Source: Lama guanicoe | Lineage: Eukaryota | Direction of reading: 5' to 3' | DNA: 64,000 nucleotides | NCBI GenBank assembly: GCA_013239625.1 | Contig: MU053934.1 | Coordinates: 2,238,658-2,302,657, forward strand | Part shown: piece by piece, positions 11,664 through 23,639 of the stretch | How positions within the stretch are numbered: position 1 is the stretch's first letter | Layout: each line of letters starts with the position of its first letter | Translations under genes and position numbers: made by a program | Notes under the pieces: model-generated | Databases searched by the model: none | What the model was told of the DNA's origin: nothing | Seen by the model: only the letters and a program-made list of their open reading frames with translations

Positions 11664-12597
11664 ATTATACCTTAGGAGTTTGGGATTAATAGAAACACAT
11701 TACTAAGTATATAATTGATAAACAACAAGGACCTCCTCTACAGCAGAGGGAACTGTATTCAGTTTTTTGTAAGAAGCTATAATTGAAAAGAATCCAAAAT
11801 TATGTCTTGCACACTGTGCTCAAGTTTCTGCCTGGATAAATTTCCTGGTGCTACACTTTTCCAAAGCCCATGACCTACTTCCTTTGCAAGGTCCTTCATA
11901 TCGCAAGGGCCTGGGGTCCCACTGGGCACAGGTGCAATCCCTGCGGCCTCGCCCTGGGCTGCTCAGAGCCACTGAGGGTGCCCGGTGCTATCAGCTGTCC
12001 TCCCCTAACTGTGGAGCTTCGGCTTCTAATTCTTTAGGGAAATAATAGTGCAAAGGACAGTCTTCTTGTATAAACTTTGCCTGCATTTGAGATTATTTCT
12101 TTAAGCTATTTCTAGAAATAGAATGACTGGGTCAGAGGGTTGCACATCTAAAGATTTTTCATTTTGAGACACTTACGCAAAAAAGTTGTGCCAATTTTTA
12201 CTCACATTCAAAATATAGGATATTGTCCATCCTGTGTCTCACCAGTTCATTATTTTTTTTAAGGCAGATCTTTACATAAGACAGAAATCTTTTTTTCTGT
12301 TTGTGGCTGTCTTGCCATGGGAGGTGAGGAAAGAAAGCAAATGTTGATGACATTTTGGCAGTTTTTAAGATGGTAAAAGGGCAGTTCTCAACTACCCCTC
12401 CTGAGCACTGACTGAAATGAGAGTAAAGGTCCTCACAGGTGTAATAAGAGCCCAGGATAAGGCTGGCTGTGTTTGTGGTCTTTGCTCTGCACCGCTCCCT
12501 CCCCCTCCTCACCACCTGACAGGTTACCTGTCCTGGAGGCCCCGCCCCCAGGCCCCACCCCTGCTGCTGCCCCAGGGGCTCTCCCTGCTCCCCTTGC

Positions 12598-12858
12598 NNN
12601 NNNNNNNNNNNNNNNNNNNNNNNNNNNNNNNNNNNNNNNNNNNNNNNNNNNNNNNNNNNNNNNNNNNNNNNNNNNNNNNNNNNNNNNNNNNNNNNNNNNN
12701 NNNNNNNNNNNNNNNNNNNNNNNNNNNNNNNNNNNNNNNNNNNNNNNNNNNNNNNNNNNNNNNNNNNNNNNNNNNNNNNNNNNNNNNNNNNNNNNNNNNN
12801 NNNNNNNNNNNNNNNNNNNNNNNNNNNNNNNNNNNNNNNNNNNNNNNNNNNNNNNNNN
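12598..12858. other. Assembly gap (261 N)
   Basis: Run of N. Confidence 1.
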
Positions 12859-14029
12859 ACAAACTGCCGAATAGACTTTTGGGAGCTCTATCATACTTCT
12901 GAGTGTTTGCATTTGCAGGCATCTCCCACTTCCCAAAAGATCACTGAACTTTGTAAGACCTAAATGCTCTGGGTTCTAAGCCAACAAGGTTTACAAATGT
13001 TTTCAAGTTTCAGTCTGTCCAATTTCAGGTAGTAGGAAGCACCTGTATTTCCTCATGTCTCCTTACTCCTGCCATGATATTTTTATAGAAGGAGAAAGAA
13101 GAAGTGAGAATTGTGGAAAAAACATGGGTTCCAGCTAAAGTCTGAATAACGCCCAAGCCTTGAGCAGGGCATTCCCAAAGCTCTGCTCCCCCAGGGTGGC
13201 CAGACCTGGTCTGGGTGTCCAACCAGGATACCTCCAGCCCCTTAACACTGGGTACCTTAACTTACACCAGGGACTTTGTGGGGAGGAGGGTGCAGTCATT
13301 TCCTGTCTGCACTGGAGACTCCTTTGAAGGCACAAAAAAGGGTGTGTTGCTTTGTGACTGTGGTAGTTTCCTGTTAAATATACCCTGCTTGAAGGAGAGA
13401 AAGAAGAGGACGCTAGAGAAAGGGAGGAGGGGGAGGGGGAGGGAGCAGGGGGAGGGAGGAGGAGGAGGAAGAAGCAGCAAAATGCTTCTAATCAATCAAC
13501 AGTCAGTCCTAACGGGATCTAAATGTAAACGAGAAAGAAAAAACTAGCAACATACTGGAAGAAATATCAAAAATAACATTACTTTAAAACAATTAAGAAA
13601 TAACTAAATAATAATAATAATAACATTCCTTTGAGAAAATCTTTCTACTCAAGAGACAAATACCAGAACCCATAGAAGAAAGTCCAAGCTATTTGACATT
13701 AAAAATGAAAAACTGCAAAACATGCCATGAACCAGGTCCAAATATGATGCGAGACCAGGAGATCTCACAATACTTGCAGTGGATGGAGGGAAAGCTCCAC
13801 ACCGCACGGAGAGACAATAAATCCGCATGAAAGACTGAAACCAATATTTAAAATATGGGAACCTTTGAGAAAGTGGAGGAAATTGTTGGGCTTCACCATT
13901 TTGTTTTTGCCCCGCAGAAAATAGACTTTGTCCATTGAGGATACGTTTGCGTCGCTCTTATGTATAAGTGTGCCGGCTACCAGAAATCCCGTTGCACCGG
14001 CATGATTTTATATTGACTGTGGGTTGCAG

Positions 14030-15420
14030 AACTTAATTAAATATCCTTATGAGCTGTGGCCTGGTTACCATAAGTGGCCCCTGATAAGCATGCAGATTGG
14101 AGCCCAGAGGTCCACGGACTGGATAAACAGTCTCACAGTCGCACAACTGGATGGCCCCTAGACTCAAACTGAGGTAAGCTTTAAGCAGGTCTTCACTCAG
14201 AGACATGAGGAGAGATCCCCCCCTTTGGAGACCCCAAAGATCTAATGACTATACAATCAGACTCAGCTTGACCCCCAGGATGACAAGAGATGTCACCCAG
14301 GACCGCTACAGCTCCAGTGTCAGGGCCGAGGCCAAAATCTTTGGTCCATAGAGATTTCAGACACTGTGAAAGCAATGCCTTCTCAGTGGGAGAGTCGGCT
14401 GAAAATTGCTCAGGGAAGTGTGTGGCAGATGCTACCAGCATCACCTGGTGGGGACTGGAAGGGTCAGCAGGAAGAGGCACAGGGCCACTGCCACACTGAC
14501 CCCTGCCCCACCCCGTCTCTCCATCCCGTGTGGAGGTCTGTGTGGCTCTGACGTCCTGGACATTACGAGTTGTGTGTTCCAAAACAGGGACCCACCTCCA
14601 CCTGCCTGTTGTCCCTTTGTAGAAGGACACTGGGAATTGGTAGGAAGCTTCCAACTGAACAGGTAACAATGGGGACTTTAGATCATCCCAGTGGCTAGCA
14701 GAGACAGGGACTTCAGGCAGCAGAGCACAGGAAATTGCCCTCCACGCTGACCTCACTGGTGACCTCACGGGAACGGGTTTCGGCCTCTCATTGCCAGGCT
14801 GCCGGCATCACTCACTGGACAGTCCTATTGGTCTCTCCTCAGGGGGGGAAATTGGGCCCGGAGTGAGTTATCAGTTGCAATCTCAGGAAGGTTCAGAGGT
14901 AAGGCTAAAAATGACAAATACAATCAGCCCATCATTTTAATATTTTTATGTTGAAATGAAGATAAATATGTGCTCAATTTCCATGTACTGCTAATGTTGA
15001 AGAGAAGTGGACACATCCTCAGTGATAAAAGCAGATTTCAGATTCTAATTTATAACACATAATGGAGTAATTGATTTGGATGAGTTACTTTAAACTGAAA
15101 GACACTCAGCTGGTTACTAGGATGTTGTAAATGAGCTTTTCCCAGAGAGAAGAGCCTCAAGGTCATCAGACCCCAAACCAGGAGGGCGAGGGGTAGGGGT
15201 GCGTGGAGAGGAGGCTGTGACAGCCACACCAGCGGGCATCTCTGGGACGTGTGCCGGGGAGGCCACCAACCTCTATGCTCCTAGCAGTTAGGAGACAGAA
15301 GAGATTTTTCTCTGATGTCCCAATTGTGCCTAAATATGGCCTTTAAAATAACAGCATCCAGTCTCTGGGGCAAACAGTATGACAGTGCCTCAAACAATTC
15401 AATACAGAACTTACATATGA
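14030..15420. repeat. Duplicated block X (copies at about 45920-47330 direct and 61160-62560 inverted)
   Basis: Colinear matches, e.g. ccaaaatctttggtcc, gggacccacctccacctgcctgttgtccc, cagaccccaaaccaggagggcgagggg. Confidence 0.85.
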
Positions 15421-15469
15421 TCCAGCAATTCCACTTTGGGTTTAGACTCCAGAGATATGAAAGCAGAGC

Positions 15470-15613
15470 CTTTTTTTCTTTTTAAGAGGCATTTTATGTT
15501 TTGGTTAGAAGGTAACTAGGTTTATTTATTTAGTTAATGCGGGCAGAGAGGACTGAACCCAGGACCTCACCCATGCCACACACATGCTCCCCCACTGAGC
15601 TGTACCCTCCCCA
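15470..15613 (-). mobile_element. tRNA-Ala-derived SINE (Vic-1-like)
   Basis: Degenerate reverse complement of the 53543 element, with T-tail and flanking TSD-like tgaaagcagagcct / tgaaaccagagtct. Confidence 0.75.
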
Positions 15614-15619
15614 CTGAAA

Positions 15620-16600
15620 CCAGAGTCTTCAACAGACACTTGTAACTCGTGTTCCTGGCAGCATTGTTCACAAAGGCCAAAAGTTACAAGCAACTCAAAC
15701 TTCTATCAATGGATGAACAAGAAAAACAATGTGGTCTATACATACAGAGGAATATGATTCACATGAAAAATAAAGGGAATGCGGACATGCACTACAGCGT
15801 GGGGGAAACTGAAGAACATTATGCTCAGTGCAAGGAAACAGCCACTAAGGGACAAAGACCATATGATTCTCCATGTATGAGGCACCCAGGTTAAACCAAT
15901 TCCTGGAGACTAAAGGTAGGAAAAAAAAATGTAAAATGGGAGTTCCCAGGGGCTGTGGGAGGGCAGAGGGGGAATGTTTTGGGGACGAAGTCTCAGTTTT
16001 ACAAAATGAAAGAGCCGTGGAGCTATGGATGGTGGAGATGGTGGCACAACATTCTGAATGTATTTACCCCGCAGCTGCACACTTTGAAACTGCTAAGGTG
16101 GTAAATGAGAGGTCACGCATATCTCACTACATTAACCAATGAATTTGGAATAAGAGGCCAGCCATAGCTCACGGTGAAAAAGAATGTGACAATGAATATA
16201 TGTACGTTCATGTATAACTGAAAAATTGTCCGTTACACTAGGAACTGACACAACATTGTAAACTCACTATAACTCAATAACAACAACAAAAAAGAAGCCG
16301 CTCATACACGGACAAACACGGATTCCTCTCAAACGCGGTCCATACGGTACCAGGTTCCTGAGGCCGGGGAGGGCAGTGGTGCTTCCCAGGGATGGAGGGC
16401 AGAGGGATGTGGAGTTAGTGTTTCATGGGGATTGAGTTTCAGGTTTGGGAGATGTAAACATTCTGTGACTGCATGGTGCTGCTGGGCTCCCAAGAATGTG
16501 AACGCCCATAATGTCACTGAACTGGACACTTAAAAAAGGTGAAATGTGAAATTTTGTTTGGTATATTTTACCACAACTACATTTGTAAAACAAAAATCCT
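15620..16600 (+). mobile_element. Old L1 3' fragments with a nested younger L1 3' end (about 16160-16293)
   Basis: L1 ORF2-end and 3'UTR motifs with an A-tail; paralogous to 37470-38430 and 60320-61260. Confidence 0.7.
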
Positions 16601-17768
16601 TAACCCAGCCTTTGGGGAAAACCACAACAGCACCTGAACCCTTTACCATCTGAAAGCATCTTCACACCCAGGACCGCATTTGCTGCAGCGGCCCTGAGAT
16701 GGGAACAGTAGTCCATGTTAAAAGATTAAACGCCCCCCGCCCTGGGACGCCCGTGCTGGTCCTCCCTGGGTGATGGGCCGCCCTTCCCAGGTGCCAAGGC
16801 CACACTGACTCGCTGTGGACGGGCTGCTCTGATGTGTTCTGTGAAACCTTGAAGGAACACTTCCCTGAGTTGGTTGATATTCTTTGTTCAGACAAGACAT
16901 AAAACTGTACTAAAAACCATGCTTCTCCAGAGCGCTTCCTCAGAGCTCCCTGAGAGGCTGTCTTCTGTGGTGTAGTTCTCAGTTTGGCTTAAAGAAAATT
17001 CTTTTCTCTTCCTATTTTATGTCATTTAATGATTATTTTCATTGACACAAGTCTACAGATGGGAATACTGTCCTAAGACTGCAAAACAGGAAACGTGCTG
17101 TGGGAATGTGCAGGGGGCCCAGCTCTTTTCCTCCCTCCGGGCCTCCTTCCTCACAGCCCACCTCCTACAGCTCCCACCTCACACAGTCCTGTGGGAGCAC
17201 CTGGGGAACCTGGGAATGAAAATCCCTGCTGACTGACCACTTGGTCCCCTGTCCTCCCACCTCAGGCCTCAGTTTCCCTCCAGGGCACTGAGCAGGCACT
17301 CAGAGACAGGGTGGGGGGAAAGACCTTGATTCCTTGTATCTCAGAAATAATCCTTGGCCCCCTGAGCCTCAATGCAGAACCCCAGGGGTGGCCTCAATGT
17401 GGCCTGGCCACAAAGACAAGGGACTCTGACTCCCCCTCCTTCACCTTCTCTGCTTTGCCCAAATTTCTCAAAGTGCTGAGCCCCCAACATCCACCTTCCT
17501 TCTGTTGTCACCACTCACGTATCAGCCACCTGAGCAGTTGTTGCCCTCCCTCTGCTCTGTTTGGGGCCGAGGGGGCAGGAGGAAGAGGTCACACCCACCT
17601 GCCTCCACATGCAGGCTCTGCCCTGCTTGCCCTGTGGTCCCGGGCCCCTCACCTCATCTCCCTGAGCTTCACATTCCCTTCTTCTCCAAAACAGTCACAA
17701 TTAAGTTGTGACCTGCACCCTCTTCTCAGAGAGACATGGTGAGGATGGGGAGATGGGGGTCTGCTTAC

Positions 17769-17915
17769 CCAGGAGTCTCCCTCTGGCTGAGTGTGAACCA
17801 GACCCAGATGTTCTCAACTGCGCGGATCCAGTCACCAGCTGTGCGTCTGAGGAATAACCAGCCTCCTCTGGGCCCAGATGTACCCCCAAATTCAAAAGGG
17901 AAAGTGAAAGCGCTG
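17769..17915 (-). other. APOL-A non-coding exon 1 (5' end approximate)
   Basis: Minus strand CTTTCACTTTCCCTTTTGAATT...GGTTATT...GGATCC...CCTGG|gtaagc resembles the primate APOL first exon as I recall it; strong donor at 17768. Confidence 0.75.
17898..17910. promoter_or_regulatory. ISRE/IRF-E at the APOL-A promoter
   Basis: GGGAAAGTGAAAG; CACCC box near 17957 and GAS-like TTCTTAGAA at 17990-17998. Confidence 0.8.
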
Positions 17916-18244
17916 GATCCTGATTTGCTTACAGGACAGACTCGGCAGACCAGGCCCCACCCTCCGCTACTCCCTCCCTCCCTGCTGACTTCTTAGAAAA
18001 ACCACACCAGACCTGACATTCCACATCCTTCTAGCTTCAGTCCATCCTGCCTCAGTCTCTGTAAAGGACCACCTGCCACCAACAGACAGGGAAGCCCAGG
18101 GCAAATCACTCCTTGACCCCACGGGCTTCCTCCCAGGCCCCTCTGCCCTCTCCACCCACCACACTCCCCAGCCCACCTGCTTTATGCACCTTCGTGCCAC
18201 GAGGACTCGGCACAGTCCCCAAACATACCAGAAGCTCCCTGTGT

Positions 18245-18528
18245 ACCTGTCATAATTCTGCTGCTGATTACCACTCTCATGCGGGTTCTAAGCGTTTGCT
18301 CACTCAGGTTTTTCTGCCAGAACACCTGCTCCTACGCCTGGAAAAATCAGGCTCCTGCTCCAAAGCCCAAATCTGGCATCACTTCCACCTGTAATAATTC
18401 TGCTGCTGAATACCACTCTCATGTGGGTTCTAAGCATTTGCTCACTCAGGTTTTTCTGCCAGAACACCTGCCCCTACACCTGGAAAAATCAGGCTCCTGC
18501 TCCAAAGCCCAAATCTGGCATCACTTCC
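18245..18528. repeat. Tandem duplication, 2 x 142 bp
   Basis: acctgt..ataattctgctgctga...ggcatcacttcc starts at 18245 and again at 18387. Confidence 0.9.
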
Positions 18529-21518
18529 TCTGAGAAGTCCTCCAGGACCTTCCCCTGCAGAGTCCCCAGCTCTGCTCCCATGGTACCTGGGAGCAGGGCC
18601 TAACCCTAACCCTCAGCTAGTGTGTCCATGCCCCCCACTTCTTGATCAGGTCCCTCTAGACCTGGCCCTGCTGGCAGGGACAGCACCGGTGCCTTGGGTC
18701 CCACTGACCCAGCCGAGGCGCCCATCCTTGAGGGTCACCGCCATTTCGATGGCTGCAGAGGGTTGGGGGAAGGGCTGAGGGCACAGTGGTATTTTTTCCC
18801 CAGCTCATTTCCACTGGGCAACAAACCTTTTTCTCTGCAAATGGAGGATGCTTACAAGAGGCCAGTGTCCTGGCAACTCAGAAAAGTCTAAAACAGAAAT
18901 AAAGCCGTTTCCTGTTTGGTTCCCAGCAAAAAGCCACTGGGGATGGAGGGCTGACGGTGAGCCGGGTGCTGTCCTCACACGTACATACAGTTTCCTATGT
19001 AACTGTAAGGACATTCAGCCCCTCCTCCCTGATAACCAAAGTGCGAAGTAAAGGCCCCGCAGCTTGTAAGTTGTACAGCTGGGCTGTGGTCTCACTTTTC
19101 TGCTCTGGTACCCGGAGCAGGGCCTGAGGGAGCCTGGAGCCCACAGAGAGCCTGACCTTCCCTCAGGGTCGCTTCATCCCAGGAAATGTCTCTGGGGCCC
19201 CGTGGCCACCCGCCCCAGCACCTGAGGGAGGGACAGAAGAGTGATGGGTATGAGTCCACGAGGACCACACACTACAGTTTGTTCTTAAATAAGCCCAGAT
19301 CCCAGGCCAGGAATCTGATCAGATTTTCCACATAAGGAAGCTGGTGGCTGGGGAGGGGAGAGTCAGGGGCTGTCTACCAGCTACTCAGGGGCTTCTGTTT
19401 GGCGGGAGAATGGTAGTAGCTGATGTCTGGCAAGGGTCCATTTGTACAAACTCCACAGACTCACACTCCATCCCTGGGTGCTCAGAGCCCAGGCTGGAAT
19501 GGGCGTCCCTGAGCACAGACACAGAGGGGCACAGGGGACACATGTGCCAGGACCTGGCCCGCCGTCCTGCAGCAGAGGGGCGCCTGACTCCCACGGGAGC
19601 TGCTTGAGGCTCGAGGACGGCCTCCTCCCCCAGAGCAGAGGGCACTAGAGACCCCACCCAAGGACGGCCCTTCCCAGGCTGGTGGCCTTGGCCATTTTCC
19701 TGGCCCTAGGGCTGCCTCCTCGTGTTCTCATGGGGTGACAGCACTCAAGTCGCAGAGGTGCTTTGAGGACCGACTGTGGGAACCCAGGTGACAGTGCCTA
19801 ACATGGTGAGGGCCCAGCCCAGCCCCATAGGACTGAATGCTCCCATCGCTCAGAGGAACACTGAGTGGAATCAGCAGGGAAAGGCTAGTATCCATGGAAG
19901 CCATGGTGAGTGGTGGTCGTGGTCCCACCTGTACCTCAGAGGTTCCTAGATACATGTGCAGATAGAGACATAGGGCTGTCAAGACTGAGAAAGCAGCCCA
20001 GTGGAGCAGGAAGAGTTCAGGCACCGCGCTGAGGCCCTCCGCTCCAGCACAGAGCTTCAGGATGCAGTGGGTGGAGATTATCTGTATTTTCTTTGTGGAA
20101 TTGCCTCTTGGACTCACCGTTGCATAAGGGATGGTTGGAACCAGGACCAGTAAGGAGAGTCTTCTTGTGTGTCTACTCAGCGCACGTGTGTACACAGGCA
20201 GCCCCAAATCTGGTGCCTCTTCAACTGAAACTTTCCCCCAAGGTTTGCGTCCCTATTACTCGTTTTTTCCCTCACTGCTTTGCCTGAAAAATTGGTCCAA
20301 GAATACAGTCACCCGACCAGGCCATTCTGCCTCCTGGGAATTGCCGAGGATGGACCTAAGCCCAGTGCTGGCAGGGCCTCAGGGAGCCGAACAGAAACTC
20401 CTGGCGACAGATCTGCCTGCGTCCTGTGCTCCCAGAACAGGTAAGGTCTCCTGCTTCCTCCCGGTCTCTGACCTCCCCAGGCCCCTTCCAATGGACCCTC
20501 TTCTGCGCTTCCTTTGCCAGACTCCGTTTCTGTTTTTTTGTAACCCGAGGACTTTCAGCTGACACAGCTGTGACCCGGAAACTGCATCAGATGCACAGGG
20601 AGTGCAGTGGGACTGAGCTGTCAGCGTTCAGGGGGAAAGGGATGGATCCTGAATGCCGCAAAGCCCCAGTGCGTGAAACACGACCCTAGTGATGTCTGGG
20701 AGAGACTGTGAATTCTCCAAGGGCTGGAGAAGAATTGATGAATCAATGAAACTCATGATTCCAGTGGTCAGGGAAGCAGGTGTCCATGACTGCTGACCTT
20801 TTCAGGAAGGAATAGAAGGTTTGATGGAGGCCCCAGGGGAACACTGGCTGATGGGGGGGGGGCAAATGGACCTAGATAAGTTCTCTGTGAGGTGGTTTTT
20901 ACAAAAGGACACGGAAGGGAGTGGAACATGTGGTGGGTGACTGAGGAGATGTCCCGGATCTTTCTTATATGTCTCTGGCTCCCTGCCCTGGGCTCCAGGT
21001 GTGGGAGCCATTGTGGCTCCCACATGCTCCACCCTTGGAAACACAGAGTGTCTGTGCCCAGTAGAGCAGGCCTGGGGGCTGGGGGAGAGCAGCATTCAGT
21101 TGCTTATTTCTTTCCTCCCTGGACAGGGTGGATCTGAGGCCACTCCACGCAGGCTCCTCAGAAGGTCCTGGCAGACTCCATCCCCAACATGAGTGACGAA
21201 ATCAAGAAGTCAGCCTTGTGTTGAATTTCTGTCCTTCCGTGTTTCACTTTCGCAGCCCCTGCACGTCCTGCTCCCAGGTATCCTTGAGCCTGGCCTCCAG
21301 CTCTGCCCTCATGTGACCCCAGGCTACAGCATGTGACTCTGGGCTGCACACAGGCTTTGGGTTTCTGTGCTGAGAGTAAAGGAACTAAGATGTGGAAGCA
21401 GCTGCTTGCTAAGATCTATCTTTAGAAGGTCATTCAAGCCCAGTGTGGGCAATAAACCGGGGTAAGGGCAAGTCCACCTGGGTCAACACAGCTAGACTAT
21501 TTCTGGAAGCTCCTGCAA

Positions 21519-22042
21519 TGTTGCAGCAAAGTGTGTTACAGCTCAGTATTACAGCTTAGTTGTGACAGCAACCTGGATCCAGGCGAGAGTCAAGCAGCAC
21601 TCAGAGGGTTGGAGAACTCAGGTTTATTATGCCAGTGGGCCCAGAGGAGTTCACACTCCTTGCTCTGGACCCCATCTGTAAGTTTACACAGGCTTTTATA
21701 GGCTGCCAGTCAACACTTTGCAACATCATATGCAAATAAGGTGTAGCAAAAGTTGACTAATTTGGACCGAGCTTTGTAGAAATGGACCAGTCAGGAGTGA
21801 CAGAAATGGACCAATCAGGAGTGAGCGTCATACAAATGAAGCACTACAAATGGACCGATCAGGAGTTAGCTCAGGGAACCAATACAATACTAGGGGTAAG
21901 TTCTACTTTCCTAGATGTAAGCCGTTTCAGAAGCATAAAGCGAGATAATGCTACTGGGCCAGGGAAATGGATGATGCTGGCATGAGAGTAGCAGTCCTGC
22001 CCAGGGGCCCTGCCAGTCTTTTTCATGGGGCTTCCCACCTCA
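21519..22042 (-). repeat. 3' LTR of the provirus
   Basis: Direct repeat of 27423-27981; minus-strand TATAAAA 21700-21694 and AATAAA 21628-21623. Confidence 0.92.
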
Positions 22043-22099
22043 TACCCCCGTTCTGATGCTCTTTTTAACATCTGTAGTGAGCATCAACCTTTAGAGTGC

Positions 22100-23620
22100 T
22101 GCCCCTTACTCACCATGGTGCTCTTCCTGGTCCAGGGGCCTGTACTGAATAGCCAGTAGCTGTAGCCTTGGTGACTCTGATAAAATGGATAATGAGGTTA
22201 AGGATGCAGGGGCCAAATAGTAGTGCTTAGAAGGATCATAAGGAGGAGGCCTGCTAGGGGGAGGAGCCAGGAGGCCCAACTCCAGAGGTTATTTCATTGT
22301 GTTCAGGAATTTGCTAATTCCTGATTCCTGCATTCAGCTCAGTTTCATAGTTGTTGGACCATATTTCTGATAATTCCTGATTGATTTACATAAAAATAGC
22401 ATCCCTCATTTAGGAAGAGATGAAGTCCCCCCTTTTCAGCAGTAAGCAAGTCTAAACTCCTCCTGTTCTTTGGGACTGTTGCCGATAGGGAGTCTAACTG
22501 GTTTTGTAGCGTCATTAAGGATACAGCTACTTTTTTAAGTTTTCAGGGACCTCAGCAGATAACTGCTGGTAATAGCAGGATGATGAGGCTCTTTCTCATA
22601 TACCTGTGCTACTCCAGTTGCTACCCCCAGCCCAATGAGTAGTGATATGAGTCGGATGGCCCGTTTTGAACAAGTATGGGCCGTCCGGTGTATAGGAAGG
22701 CTCTGGTTATTAGGTATTATGTCCATCTGAGGGGTAAGGAAGGCTAAAGTGAAATTATGTGTCCAATTGGCTGGTAGGCACCTGTAGGCGTGTGTCCCGC
22801 ATATTAAAAAGGTTCCTGGATTCGCTGTGCACCAGGCTTTGGCAGGCATACAACTATAAATAGTTGTGCAGTTATGGGTTTGGGCACACTGGGCAGTGGC
22901 TAGATTTCTTATAGAATGTCTTGTCCCCAGGTTCTAGATGCAGTGGAGCTCTCTGGGCCAATTGTGCATTAACTGACTCGGGGCTTATATCTGCGGAGTC
23001 TGGGGACCACCCAGGGCAGCCATGAAACTTGGTTAGATCTAAGAGGCCTATTGGTATGGCTACATGCTGGAGGGGGCTGGGACATGGGCGGAGCCAGCAA
23101 TCACTTGCTAGTTGTGGGTTAGTAGCATTAAGAAAGTGATGGAACGTGCTTAATAAGGGACTTCACTGGGGGTCCCGGTTATAAGGCATGGACTTAGATT
23201 CACTTTATTTTATTTTTTCCCAATCCTACTTAGTCTATAGAAGGGCCCTGGGCATGTGGGCTGGGGCTGGGGGTGGGGGTGGGGTTCCTGGGGAGAAGGT
23301 CCCTGTCAGATGCAAATCGGTGAATGTGTCCCGTTGGAACCCCCATCATTGAAAGAGAGAAGTCAGCAGTTACTTTTACAAGCAGCAGAAGGTTTGGGGG
23401 TTTCATGTTTTCTTTTCCCTAGCAGGGAGGTATGGTTAGTAGACTGACCATTAGGCTTCCCACTGTAGACAGACAGAGTACAGCTTGTATTAGTTTCTGG
23501 CCTATGTTCCAAACCTGGGGTGCAGTGGCCTTCAGTCCTACAGCTAGCAGTACAGCAACAGTACTGATTAATAAAATAAAGTAGGGGTGGCAGGAAGAGT
23601 TTCTTTTATGCTCTGATCGG
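22100..23620 (-). pseudogene. env: ERV env remnant (boundaries approximate)
   Basis: CGTHAYRCLPANWT...SKR|AIRLISLLIGLG (cleavage site and fusion peptide) and a degenerate immunosuppressive domain LQNQLDSLSATVPKNRRSLDLLTAEKGGLHLFLNEGCYFYVNQSG; frameshifts and stops. Confidence 0.85.
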
Positions 23621-23639
23621 TGGCTCCTCAGGCTTCCAC

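Noticed and set aside
12417..12936. Long ORFs spanning the N run
   Set aside because: Artefacts of the assembly gap.
18599..18613. cctaaccctaaccct telomere-like motif
   Set aside because: Only about two units, compatible with chance.
19976..20565. Possible old LTR (TG...CA bounded)
   Set aside because: No TSD, and I cannot confidently recognise the family.
22100..23620. env as a syncytin-like domesticated gene
   Set aside because: Multiple stops and frameshifts, degenerate immunosuppressive domain and lost CX6CC cysteines.
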